From assembly GCA_965216565.1 (NCBI GenBank), contig OZ244170.1:288001-352000 (forward strand): a stretch of 64,000 nucleotides of DNA, given 5' to 3'. The notes below the pieces were generated by a model. That model was not told the DNA's origin and searched no databases. It was given only the letters and a program-made list of their open reading frames with translations. This document shows positions 9,244 to 18,403 of this stretch, piece after piece. The position numbers and the translations under genes are program-made. Every line of letters begins with the position of its first letter. Positions within the stretch are counted from its first letter, which is position 1. This DNA comes from Bythopirellula sp. (GTDB lineage Bacteria > Planctomycetota > Planctomycetia > Pirellulales > Lacipirellulaceae).

Positions 9244-9729
9244 ATGGATATCAATTGGGAAAGTGAAATCGCCGACCTGCTCGGGCAACTGTCGGGCACA
9301 CAGCAAGAGTTGCTCGATCTGTTAGATCGCAAACGGCAAGCGTTGGTCAATCGCGACCACGATGGGCTCACCAAACTTGCTACCGAGCAGCAGGAGCTGA
9401 GCGAAAACTTGCACGCCTGCCTCGTACGTCGCCAGGAGTTGCTAGCACATGCCGAGGCGGCGGGCTTGCCTGCTGATAGCATTGAATCGCTGGCAGAGGC
9501 GTTGCCCGAAAAACAGACTGTCGCACTCGAAGGAACTCTAGAACAGTCGAAAGAACGCTCCCGATTGTTGCGCCATCAGAGCATTTCGCAATGGGTGGCC
9601 ACGCAACGCACGCTACTCCATCTGTCGCAAATGTTGGAGATAATCGCAACTGGCGGGCGTGGGCAGTCGACTTATGGAAAAGGAGACACCTCGGTCTCGA
9701 GCGGTAGGCTCATGGACCAAGCCGTTTAG
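9244..9729 (+). CDS. flgN: Flagellar export chaperone FlgN
   Basis: Helical 161-aa protein with C-terminal TYG...DQAV, immediately before flgK. Confidence 0.8.
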   Translation: MDINWESEIADLLGQLSGTQQELLDLLDRKRQALVNRDHDGLTKLATEQQELSENLHACLVRRQELLAHAEAAGLPADSIESLAEALPEKQTVALEGTLEQSKERSRLLRHQSISQWVATQRTLLHLSQMLEIIATGGRGQSTYGKGDTSVSSGRLMDQAV

Positions 9730-9812
9730 AACATGCTTTAGAAGGCCCACAAAGAGGGCAGCGAAACTCTGATTGTTCGTGCTCTGCAACTCATCTCTTA
9801 CAACTCGTCGCG

Positions 9813-11531
9813 ATGTCGTTATTTAGTTCCATCCAGATGGCCGGCAATACGCTGCAAGCCATGCAAATTGGCTTGCATGTGGTGGGCAATAACATTGCCA
9901 ATGCCAATACACCGGGATACGTCCGCGAACGGACTATCTACTCCCCGGCACCGGTGCAGAAAGTTGGCACACTGACGCTCGGTTTGGGCGTCGAGATCGC
10001 TGGCATTGTTCAGAATGTCGATAAATTCACCGAAGCCAGACTCCGCGATGCAGGAAGCGATCGGGCCAGTGCCGAGGTGCAGGAAGACATCTATCGCGAT
10101 CTGGAGCTTGCCATCGGGGAACTGACCGACGTCGACATCAGTACGGCCCTGACCAAGTTTTTCGGCAGCATCGAACTGGTGGCCGACACACCCGAAGATA
10201 TCGCTATTCGCAACTTGGCTATATCAGATGGCGCGACTCTGTCTCAACGTATCAATACACTCGATCGCCGCGCGCGGACTTTGTATGAAGATTTCACCCA
10301 ACGGGTAGACGACATTACCACGGAAGTGAACACCCTCTCAGAGCAAATTCGGCAACTCAATTTGCAGATTACATCCGCCGAAGGTGGTGGCAGCACCGGT
10401 AGCGATGCGGGTGCGTTGCGGAGCCAGCGGAACCTCGCTCTGCAGCAGCTGGCGGAGATTACCAATATCAAGGTTACCGAACAAGAATCGGGAGCCGTCA
10501 ACGTGTCTGTGAACGGGGACCTGCTGGTCTTCGAGGGGACTCGTCGAGCCGTGCAAACAGAGACGATTAACGAAAACGGTTTGACCAGGACGGTTGTCCA
10601 ATACGCTGACAATGGCAGCGATCTGGTGACGACAGGTGGTGAGCTGCACGGCATTTACGAAGCTCGTGATACGGTGATCGGCGGCTTCCTAGGAAACCTG
10701 GATGAATTCGCCTCAACGCTTGTATTCGAGTTCAACAAGCTCTACTCGCAGGGAGAGGGAATTGCTGGATTTCAATCGTTGACGACCATCGAGCGAGTCG
10801 AAGACCCTACGGCGGCGTTGAACACGGCAGGACTCAACTTCACGCCCGAAAGTGGAGTACTTCAGTTCAATGTCCACAACAAAGAAATCGATAATCCTAC
10901 TGCACGCACGGAGCAGCACGATATTTTTATCGATCTGAATGGAACCGATGGCGATACGTCGCTCAATTCCTTGGCTGCTAGTATCAATGCCATCGATGGC
11001 GTGTCGGCCAGCGTGAACTTCAACAACGAGCTGGTGATCAATTCCGACAGCGACGCCATTGAGTTTAGCTTCTCAGGAGATACCAGCGGCGCACTGGCGG
11101 CACTAGGGTTGAATACGTTCTTCACAGGCTCCAATGCCCGCGATATTGGCGTGAACCAAGTGTTGCAAGAAGATTCTGCTTCTGGGGCCAAGTTTGCTGC
11201 CAGCGGCGATGGATTGGGCACCGGCAATGGGATTGCGTTGGAGTTAATGACGCTTAATGACAAATCGCTTGGCAGTCTAGATGGCGGAAGTATTACAGGA
11301 GTTTACGATCAACTGATTAACGACAACACGCAAGGCGCGACCGTTAGTGCCGCGGTTGCCGATGGTCTGCGTGTATTCGAAGGAACACTCGCGGCCGAAG
11401 TTGCTGCCGTCAGCGGCGTCAATCTCGACGAAGAAGCGATCGACATGATTATGCTCCAGCAAACCTACCAAGCCTCGGCTCGATACATTTCCACTCTGTC
11501 AGAGATGTTAGACATTATCGTGGCACTCTAA
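9813..11531 (+). CDS. flgK: Flagellar hook-associated protein FlgK
   Basis: GNNIANANTPGYVRE and SGVNLDEEAIDMIMLQQTYQASARYI. Confidence 0.95.
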   Translation: MSLFSSIQMAGNTLQAMQIGLHVVGNNIANANTPGYVRERTIYSPAPVQKVGTLTLGLGVEIAGIVQNVDKFTEARLRDAGSDRASAEVQEDIYRDLELAIGELTDVDISTALTKFFGSIELVADTPEDIAIRNLAISDGATLSQRINTLDRRARTLYEDFTQRVDDITTEVNTLSEQIRQLNLQITSAEGGGSTGSDAGALRSQRNLALQQLAEITNIKVTEQESGAVNVSVNGDLLVFEGTRRAVQTETINENGLTRTVVQYADNGSDLVTTGGELHGIYEARDTVIGGFLGNLDEFASTLVFEFNKLYSQGEGIAGFQSLTTIERVEDPTAALNTAGLNFTPESGVLQFNVHNKEIDNPTARTEQHDIFIDLNGTDGDTSLNSLAASINAIDGVSASVNFNNELVINSDSDAIEFSFSGDTSGALAALGLNTFFTGSNARDIGVNQVLQEDSASGAKFAASGDGLGTGNGIALELMTLNDKSLGSLDGGSITGVYDQLINDNTQGATVSAAVADGLRVFEGTLAAEVAAVSGVNLDEEAIDMIMLQQTYQASARYISTLSEMLDIIVAL

Positions 11532-11574
11532 GCGTTTTCCAAAACCAACCTCCGAATCCTCATTTTCGATTGCA

Positions 11575-14553
11575 ATGTCTGGCTTGATACCGATACCAAC
11601 TTCGCGCATCACAGGGCTGTTTTCCCGACAGCGCCTGACGCAGCAATTGCAGGCTGATCAGCTTGATCTGTTTCGGATCCAAGACCAAATCAGTACGGGC
11701 CAACGGATCATTCTTCCGAGTGACGATGCCCCGTCCGCATTGCGATCGATATCGTTACAAAGGTTGCTGGAGCGAAAAACACAGCTGAGTAAGAGTGTGA
11801 ATACGGGGCTGGAATTCCTCGCTGCGACGGATACTACACTGGGGTCAGGTGCGGACTTATTGTTCGACGTCAAAGCGGCGACCCTAGAGGTTGTCGGCAC
11901 TGTTACTACGGCAGAGCAGCGCGACTCTGCCATCGCCAAAATCAATTCGACGCTCGAACAGCTGCTGACTACGGCCAATACTAAGTATCGAGATCGATAT
12001 CTGTTCTCGGGAACCCAAACCAATCAGGTTCCATACGAGCTAACCGATCGTGGCGTGGTTTACCACGGCGACGAAGGGTCGGTACAAACTTATTCCGATA
12101 TCAATGTGCTGTTCGATACCAATGCGAACGGCCAAGAAGTATTCGGTGGATTGTCGGCTGCGGTCGAGGGATCGGTCGATCTCAATCCCCAGCTTAGCGA
12201 AGACACATTACTTTCCAGTCTCCGAGGGGGGGCAGGGATCGATTCGAATGGTGCTTTTACGATCTCCGATGGATTCGACATTCGCACGATCGATATTGGC
12301 GGAGCGGTGACTGTCGGCGATGTGAAGCGACTTATCGAACTGAATGTGCCCACGGGGAGAGAAATCACCGTCACCATTACCGGTTCTGGCATCGATCTGC
12401 AATTTGATCCCTCCAATTCGGATAACACTGATGCCAATCTCATTGTCGAGGAGGTTGGTACAGGACGAACTGCTCGGGGATTGGGGATCTTCACCGAGAA
12501 CGGCGTCGGGACGGCACTTTCAGTCGGTGAAGATATTGATCCTGTCTTGCGGTCTACTACCCAGCTGGGAGATATTCTAGGTACTAAGGCCAGGGCCGTG
12601 GTCGTAGGTGACAACGGCAATAACGATATCCAGCTTGTCGCCAATGCGAACGGCACGGCACTCGACGGAGTCACCGTCCAGTTCGTCGATGACGATTTGC
12701 TGACGGCTACTCCTGGGCTGGTGGCTGGCAACGAAGTCGCAGAATACGATGCCAACGCCCGGGCCGCGTCGGCTTCGCTCTCCTTCGCGGGGACGGGCGA
12801 CGATCTGATCGTCACGGCGAATACTTCCGGAACGGCGTTCAACAACGTCGCGATCAATGTGGTCTCGGGCGGAGACATCGGCGATGCGGCTTCTGCGGTG
12901 TACGACTCCGGCGCTGGCACGCTGACGATCACTGTCGACGACGATGGCGAAACAACCATTCAAACCGTGGTCGACGAAATTGCCAATACAGGCCAATTCA
13001 CTGCCACGCACGATACGAGTGTCGAAGCTGCCTTCGATCCTGCCATCACCGTCACCGGCGGGGCGTCCGGCAATACGGGCAACAGTGGTGGCGAGGCAAA
13101 AACACTCTATGTGCGAATCGACCGCGGCGATACCACCGCCAACGAGGTCATTACTGCGATCAATGCTGAGGGTAGCTTCACCGCGTCACTCGATCCGAAC
13201 GATTCCACAACTCTAAGCGATGCCGGAACGGGGGTCGTGAATCTTAGCGCGACTGCCACCACCGCCGGGGGTAGTGGGTCAACGCTGGACCTCGATTCTG
13301 GAATTCAAATTGTCAATGGCGGTGAGACTCACGAGATAACCTTCGAAGACGCCGAGACAATCAACGACTTGTTGAATATTCTTAACGGTTCTGCAGCCGG
13401 AGTCTTCGCAGACATCAACGCCAATGGCAACGGGATCGACATTCGCTCGCGCGTGAGCGGCACTGATTTTCAAATTGGAGAAAACGGCGGCTCGACTGCT
13501 TCGCAGTTGGGAGTCCGGAGCTATAACTCAGATACCAAGCTAAGCGACCTCAATTTCGGACGTGGGGTGTCTACATTTGGTGGTTTCGATCTTCCCACAA
13601 CAACAGGAGACGATTTGGTCATTAGCACCATTGATGGCCAATCGTTCGGCATCGATCTCTCGGGGGCCGAATCCGTTACTGAAGTGGTAGATGCCATCAA
13701 TGCGGTAACGGGCTTGAGTGTCACCGCTTCGGAAGTGACTACAGGAAACGTTTCTGTCTTACAGCTTGTGGATAACAGCGTAGCGGGTACGGATTCGTTC
13801 TCGGTGTCCCAATCCGATGGCAGCCTAGCCGCTCAGTACCTGGGGATCATTCCCGGCAATGAAGGAACCCAGATCACAACTGGAGGAACTACTCTACTGG
13901 GCGATGATGCGAACTACATCGATTTGCAGATCACTGCCACTGACGGCCAGACCTACAGTGTTGATCTCAGCAATGCAGAAAGCGTTGGCGACGCCATCGA
14001 TGAATTTAATTCCGCGTTGGCGGGTGCGGGCGTGTTGGCACGGTTAGCCGTCAATGGGAATGGAATCGAACTAATCGATACCAACGCAGGCCCTGGCGAT
14101 CTTACGCTCCAGGCGGCAGAGGGGAGCACCGCGGCAGAGGACCTAGGGTTGCCGACGGAATCCACGGGAGCCACTGCACTCGGTACATTGCTAACCAGTG
14201 AGGACCGCAATTTTTACGAGACAGACAGCGTGTTCACCTCTCTGATTCGTCTCCGCGATGCACTGGAAGAAAACAACGCGGAGGATATTTCTCGGGCCGC
14301 CGCTAAACTGGATGTAGATATCGACCGCTTAGTGTTCACCCGCTCAGCGGTGGGAGCCCAGGAACAAGCTCTGGAAATCTCGCAACAAAGCCTGCAAGGA
14401 GAAGATATCCAACTGCGCACGGCTTTGTCTGAGGAACTTGACGTAGATCTGGTCCAGGCCATCTCTGACCTCACAGCCCGGCAGATTTCTCTACAAGCCT
14501 CGCTTCAAGCAACGGCAAATCTGTTACAGCTATCTCTTCTCAACTTCATTTAG
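11575..14553 (+). CDS. flgL: Flagellar hook-associated protein FlgL, expanded (992 aa)
   Basis: QISTGQRIILPSDDA, YLFSGT, C-terminal DVDLVQAISDL...SLLNFI. Confidence 0.9.
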   Translation: MSGLIPIPTSRITGLFSRQRLTQQLQADQLDLFRIQDQISTGQRIILPSDDAPSALRSISLQRLLERKTQLSKSVNTGLEFLAATDTTLGSGADLLFDVKAATLEVVGTVTTAEQRDSAIAKINSTLEQLLTTANTKYRDRYLFSGTQTNQVPYELTDRGVVYHGDEGSVQTYSDINVLFDTNANGQEVFGGLSAAVEGSVDLNPQLSEDTLLSSLRGGAGIDSNGAFTISDGFDIRTIDIGGAVTVGDVKRLIELNVPTGREITVTITGSGIDLQFDPSNSDNTDANLIVEEVGTGRTARGLGIFTENGVGTALSVGEDIDPVLRSTTQLGDILGTKARAVVVGDNGNNDIQLVANANGTALDGVTVQFVDDDLLTATPGLVAGNEVAEYDANARAASASLSFAGTGDDLIVTANTSGTAFNNVAINVVSGGDIGDAASAVYDSGAGTLTITVDDDGETTIQTVVDEIANTGQFTATHDTSVEAAFDPAITVTGGASGNTGNSGGEAKTLYVRIDRGDTTANEVITAINAEGSFTASLDPNDSTTLSDAGTGVVNLSATATTAGGSGSTLDLDSGIQIVNGGETHEITFEDAETINDLLNILNGSAAGVFADINANGNGIDIRSRVSGTDFQIGENGGSTASQLGVRSYNSDTKLSDLNFGRGVSTFGGFDLPTTTGDDLVISTIDGQSFGIDLSGAESVTEVVDAINAVTGLSVTASEVTTGNVSVLQLVDNSVAGTDSFSVSQSDGSLAAQYLGIIPGNEGTQITTGGTTLLGDDANYIDLQITATDGQTYSVDLSNAESVGDAIDEFNSALAGAGVLARLAVNGNGIELIDTNAGPGDLTLQAAEGSTAAEDLGLPTESTGATALGTLLTSEDRNFYETDSVFTSLIRLRDALEENNAEDISRAAAKLDVDIDRLVFTRSAVGAQEQALEISQQSLQGEDIQLRTALSEELDVDLVQAISDLTARQISLQASLQATANLLQLSLLNFI

Positions 14554-14707
14554 CCAAATTTTCTAACCCTCCCAGTCTTACTTGGCCGATAGTATTTTTT
14601 GGATACCTTGCTAGCGTGCGCTGGCAGAACCATTAATTCCGCCAAGCCACTGACTGCGCTAGTTTAGTGGAATTGGCGAAGTGTCACGGAAGACAGTGGG
14701 TAGAACA

Positions 14708-15148
14708 ATGGAAGTTTTCACAACACGATTTGGGACTCTTTCGGTCCGTCCTCAGGACGAGTTGCTATTCGAGCAAGGACTGGTTGGCCTCGAAGATTGT
14801 CTGCGCTGGGTTGTTTTGAGCGACTCACAGAATCCGGCTCTCGGATGGCTGCAGAGCATCGAGCATGCCCACGTCGGTCTCGGCATCGTCAGCCCCCGTC
14901 GATTTGTGGCTGGGTACCAGCTTCGGGTCGACCGCGACGATTTGCACTCTCTCGACTTGGCCACGCTGCGAGATGCCGAAGTCGTAGTGATCGCAAGCCG
15001 CCAGGAAAGCGGGCTCACGCTAAACCTACGAGCTCCCCTGGTGATCAATGTCGAAACACGACGCGGCTGCCAAGTGATTGCCAAAGATTCTCTACCCGTC
15101 CGATTCCCACTGACTCAGACTCCCGTGGAGCTGCGACGTAGTGCCTAG
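14708..15148 (+). CDS. fliW: Flagellar assembly factor FliW
   Basis: TTRFG, FEQGLVGLE, WLQS, TLNLRAPLVIN; adjacent to csrA. Confidence 0.9.
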   Translation: MEVFTTRFGTLSVRPQDELLFEQGLVGLEDCLRWVVLSDSQNPALGWLQSIEHAHVGLGIVSPRRFVAGYQLRVDRDDLHSLDLATLRDAEVVVIASRQESGLTLNLRAPLVINVETRRGCQVIAKDSLPVRFPLTQTPVELRRSA

Positions 15149-15228
15149 TCACAAACCCGGTTCCCTACCATCCCTACAAATAAACCTACCTACGCCGCCC
15201 CGGCGTCTAATTGATCAGGAGCTACCCC

Positions 15229-15465
15229 ATGTTGGTTCTATCGCGACAACGTGACGAGAGCATTATCATCGGCGACAATGTTGTGATTACCATCGTCGAT
15301 GTACGTGGGGATAAGGTCAAACTAGGTATCGAAGCGCCGCGGGAAATCTCGGTCCACCGCCGAGAAGTCTACGAAGCCATTCAGCGCGAAAATCGCCAGG
15401 CAGCGATGCTGAAGCCCGAGGATGCTCAACTTCTACCTCCCAATGCTGGCGCCACAGACCAATAG
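15229..15465 (+). CDS. csrA: Carbon storage regulator CsrA
   Basis: [18 protein letters not shown]...[30 protein letters not shown] upstream. Confidence 0.97.
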   Translation: MLVLSRQRDESIIIGDNVVITIVDVRGDKVKLGIEAPREISVHRREVYEAIQRENRQAAMLKPEDAQLLPPNAGATDQ

Positions 15466-15639
15466 ATCATCGTGGGCGTCCCGGTATTCTGAATAAGCTT
15501 TGGCGGCTGCCAAGGATCTATCAGTCTTTGGATTTATACAAAAAGTCCTGATTCATGGTGGATTTTGACGGTTGTACCCATTAGTGCAACTCTGGCCAAA
15601 AAGTAAGGCAAAAACAGGCTGAAATTCTTCTTTAGACCC

Positions 15640-15667
15640 TAATGCCCCCATATTGTGGGGACGATAT
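15640..15667 (+). promoter_or_regulatory. Possible sigma28 promoter of fliC
   Basis: TAAT-N16-GACGATAT, compared with consensus TAAA-N15/16-GCCGATAW. Confidence 0.4.
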
Positions 15668-15946
15668 TCAGCCATAGACGGTCCACCAGACGGAACGACA
15701 GCTGCTTGCAGCGCGCATCGCACGGTTTGTGTCCTACAGTTGGAATGTCGGGATTCCCGGCACACAACCGATAGGGCAAACCAACTAAGGGAATGCCGAG
15801 GACTGTCGGCAGAAAACTTTACGGTGAAGAGAAATACGAGGCATGTGTCCTCGGCACCGTGTGATGAAAAAGAGATAGACCGGAGTCGCGAGACTCCCTA
15901 AGTCCGGTCTTCCGACGAACTGGTTTTTTTAGACAGGGGTTTTTAG

Positions 15947-18094
15947 ATGACTCGTATTAACACTAACGTGAGCTCGCTCGTGGCCCAGAACACCTTGGGC
16001 CAGTCGAATGCGAGTTTGAACCAAGCCCTTACACGGTTGAGCACCGGTCTCCGGATCAACACTGGTAAGGATGACCCAGCTGGTTTGATCGCCAGCGAGA
16101 ACTTGCGGAGCGATATTACCGCCATCCGCCGTGCCATTAGCAATACGGACCGAGCCAATCAGGTGATTGCCACGGCCGACAGTGCTTTGGGCCAGGTGAG
16201 CTCGCTCCTGAACGACATCCGTGGTTTGGTAACTGAGAGTGCCAACGCGGGAGCCCTTTCTGACGAGCAGCTTGCTGCTAATCAGTTGCAGCTCGACTCG
16301 TCGCTCGAAGCTTTGAACCGAATTGCTCAAACGACAACATTCCAAGGCCGTCGTCTGCTGGACGGAAGCCTCGACTTTATTACGACAGATGGTACTAACT
16401 TCAGCAACGTCTCTGACTTGCAGATCGACCAGGCTAACCTCGGTGCGACTGGTAGCATCTCGGTGGATGTCGATGTTACAACCGCAGCCACTCAGGCACA
16501 GGTCGACGTCGCCAGCATTCCTGCCGGAATCACGGCTGTACAGGCAAGTGATGGTGAACTCGATTTCCAGACAGCCGCTGTTGCGGAAGCACAAGCTTCT
16601 GGTACGGTCACCTTGGACTCTGGCGACATTTTGACCGTTACAGTTCTCGATGGCGGTCAAGTCGACGGTGCTTCCGGTAATGACATTGATGTCACCTTCG
16701 TCGAAAACGGCCTGGATGACAATGGAGTAGCAGTCACGTTCGATGGAAGCACAATCACTGTAACTGCTGACTTCTCGGCTGACTCCACTCTCCAGTCCGA
16801 CGCGATTGCTACCGCCATCGCAGCAGTGAATGGTGGAACAGACCTCACCGCATCCTCCGATGGTACCGCCGCTGTTGCCAGTGAGACTATCGAAAACCAT
16901 GCCGACGTCACCTCTGGTGGTGTCGATGCAGTTGCCGCTGTAGACGCGACAATTACGATCGCCCCTACAGACACAGGTGCATCGTTCGATCGTACGATCA
17001 CTTTTGCTGACAATGGTGCCGCATCCAGCGGTATTGCAGTGACAGACGACGGCACGACCCTTGCTATCGTTGTCGAAGCAGGTACAGACATTGATCTGGC
17101 AACACTTGCTACCGACATCGAAACCGCTTTGGATGCCAACGACGATTTTACTGTGACCTTGGCTGACAATGCTGGTGACGGTCAGTTCAACTCGACAGTT
17201 GACACCGATCCAACAGCTACCAACGTAGGTGCCACAACCGCCGGTGTTGATGGTGGTGGTGGACTTGCCGGTGACTTGGTCATCGAGCTTGCTGGTACGG
17301 ACGGTTCAGAAGTATTAAGCTTCGGGGCTGGTACCACAATTGCTCAGTTGGAAGCCGGTATCGACCAGTTGAGCGACGCGATTGGCGTCGAGGCAACTGT
17401 AAATGGCACAACGCTGGAACTTCGTTCGAGTGCCTACGGGGCCGACGCCTTTGTCGACCTTTCGGTAATCAGCGAATCGAGCGGAACAGTCTTCACCTCG
17501 GCTGAAGCCCGTGATACTGGTACTGATATTGCCGCTTCTGTAAACGGCGTATCGGCTACTGGAAATGGTAACGAGTTGTCGATTAATACCGCGACGCTGG
17601 ACTTGACGGCCACTTTGACCGCCGGCTTCACAGGAACTGCCAGCTTCACCATCACCGGTGGTGGTGCATTGTTCCAACTGGGTCCAGACGTAGTATCTAA
17701 CCAGCAAGCCCGTTTGGGAATCAATAGCGTGAACACGGCCCGCTTGGGTGGTGTAAGCGGTAAGTTGTTCTCGCTCGGTACTGGTGGCGACAACGAACTA
17801 TCGGTGAGCGACAACCTAGACGTCGCAGCCGCAATCGTTGAAGAGGCGATCGACCAGGTCACCTCACTTCGTGGTCGACTGGGTGCGTTCCAAAGAACGA
17901 CACTTGAGACCAATAAGAACGCCCTGAACGATACTTTGGTGAACTTGACCGACGCTGAAAGTTCGATCCGCGATGCGGACTTCGCTGCTGAGTCGGCCGC
18001 GTTGACCCGATCGCAGATTCTTGTGCAGTCGGGTACCACGGTTCTTCAGATTTCGAACTCGAACCCGCAGAACGTATTGGCCTTGTTGCGATAA
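15947..18094 (+). CDS. fliC: Flagellin (715 aa)
   Basis: MTRINTNVSSL, RLSTGLRINTGKDDPAGL, AESSIRDADFAAE, PQNVLALLR. Confidence 0.98.
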   Translation: MTRINTNVSSLVAQNTLGQSNASLNQALTRLSTGLRINTGKDDPAGLIASENLRSDITAIRRAISNTDRANQVIATADSALGQVSSLLNDIRGLVTESANAGALSDEQLAANQLQLDSSLEALNRIAQTTTFQGRRLLDGSLDFITTDGTNFSNVSDLQIDQANLGATGSISVDVDVTTAATQAQVDVASIPAGITAVQASDGELDFQTAAVAEAQASGTVTLDSGDILTVTVLDGGQVDGASGNDIDVTFVENGLDDNGVAVTFDGSTITVTADFSADSTLQSDAIATAIAAVNGGTDLTASSDGTAAVASETIENHADVTSGGVDAVAAVDATITIAPTDTGASFDRTITFADNGAASSGIAVTDDGTTLAIVVEAGTDIDLATLATDIETALDANDDFTVTLADNAGDGQFNSTVDTDPTATNVGATTAGVDGGGGLAGDLVIELAGTDGSEVLSFGAGTTIAQLEAGIDQLSDAIGVEATVNGTTLELRSSAYGADAFVDLSVISESSGTVFTSAEARDTGTDIAASVNGVSATGNGNELSINTATLDLTATLTAGFTGTASFTITGGGALFQLGPDVVSNQQARLGINSVNTARLGGVSGKLFSLGTGGDNELSVSDNLDVAAAIVEEAIDQVTSLRGRLGAFQRTTLETNKNALNDTLVNLTDAESSIRDADFAAESAALTRSQILVQSGTTVLQISNSNPQNVLALLR

Positions 18095-18118
18095 GGTCCG
18101 CGAACGCGGTAGATATAC

Positions 18119-18161
18119 AAAAGTGGCTCGGCCTCGGTGAGGTCGGGCCACTTTTCGTTTT
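18119..18161 (+). terminator. Rho-independent terminator after fliC
   Basis: AAAAGTGGCTCGGCCTC-GGT-GAGGTCGGGCCACTTTT followed by CGTTTT. Confidence 0.85.
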
Positions 18162-18265
18162 GCCATCTGATAAGGGCTGTGTTCCTTGTACTCTCGAATA
18201 CTAACGATTGGCGCCTGACGACTAATTGCTACTTCTGCTAGCACCCACTTCGGGTCAGACAAACT

Positions 18266-18293
18266 TTAGCGGCTGGGCAACCATACCCGATAA
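18266..18293 (+). promoter_or_regulatory. Possible sigma28 promoter of fliD-fliS
   Basis: TTAG-N16-CCCGATAA; a second candidate, TCAA-N15-ACCGACAT, lies at 18358-18384. Confidence 0.4.
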
Positions 18294-18403
18294 CTTTAGA
18301 AGAGGTGCGCCTCTAGCAACGTATGCTTGAGACGACCGAACAATAGTCGTACCGAATTCAAACTAGCTGAAAGCTGACCGACATCAGCTCTCAATAAATA
18401 TTT

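Noticed and set aside
15773..15860. c-di-GMP-I riboswitch in the fliC leader
   Set aside because: GGCAAACC is present, but I could not find the GNRA-capped P2 or the following GCAAA/P3 elements. An Rfam scan would settle it.
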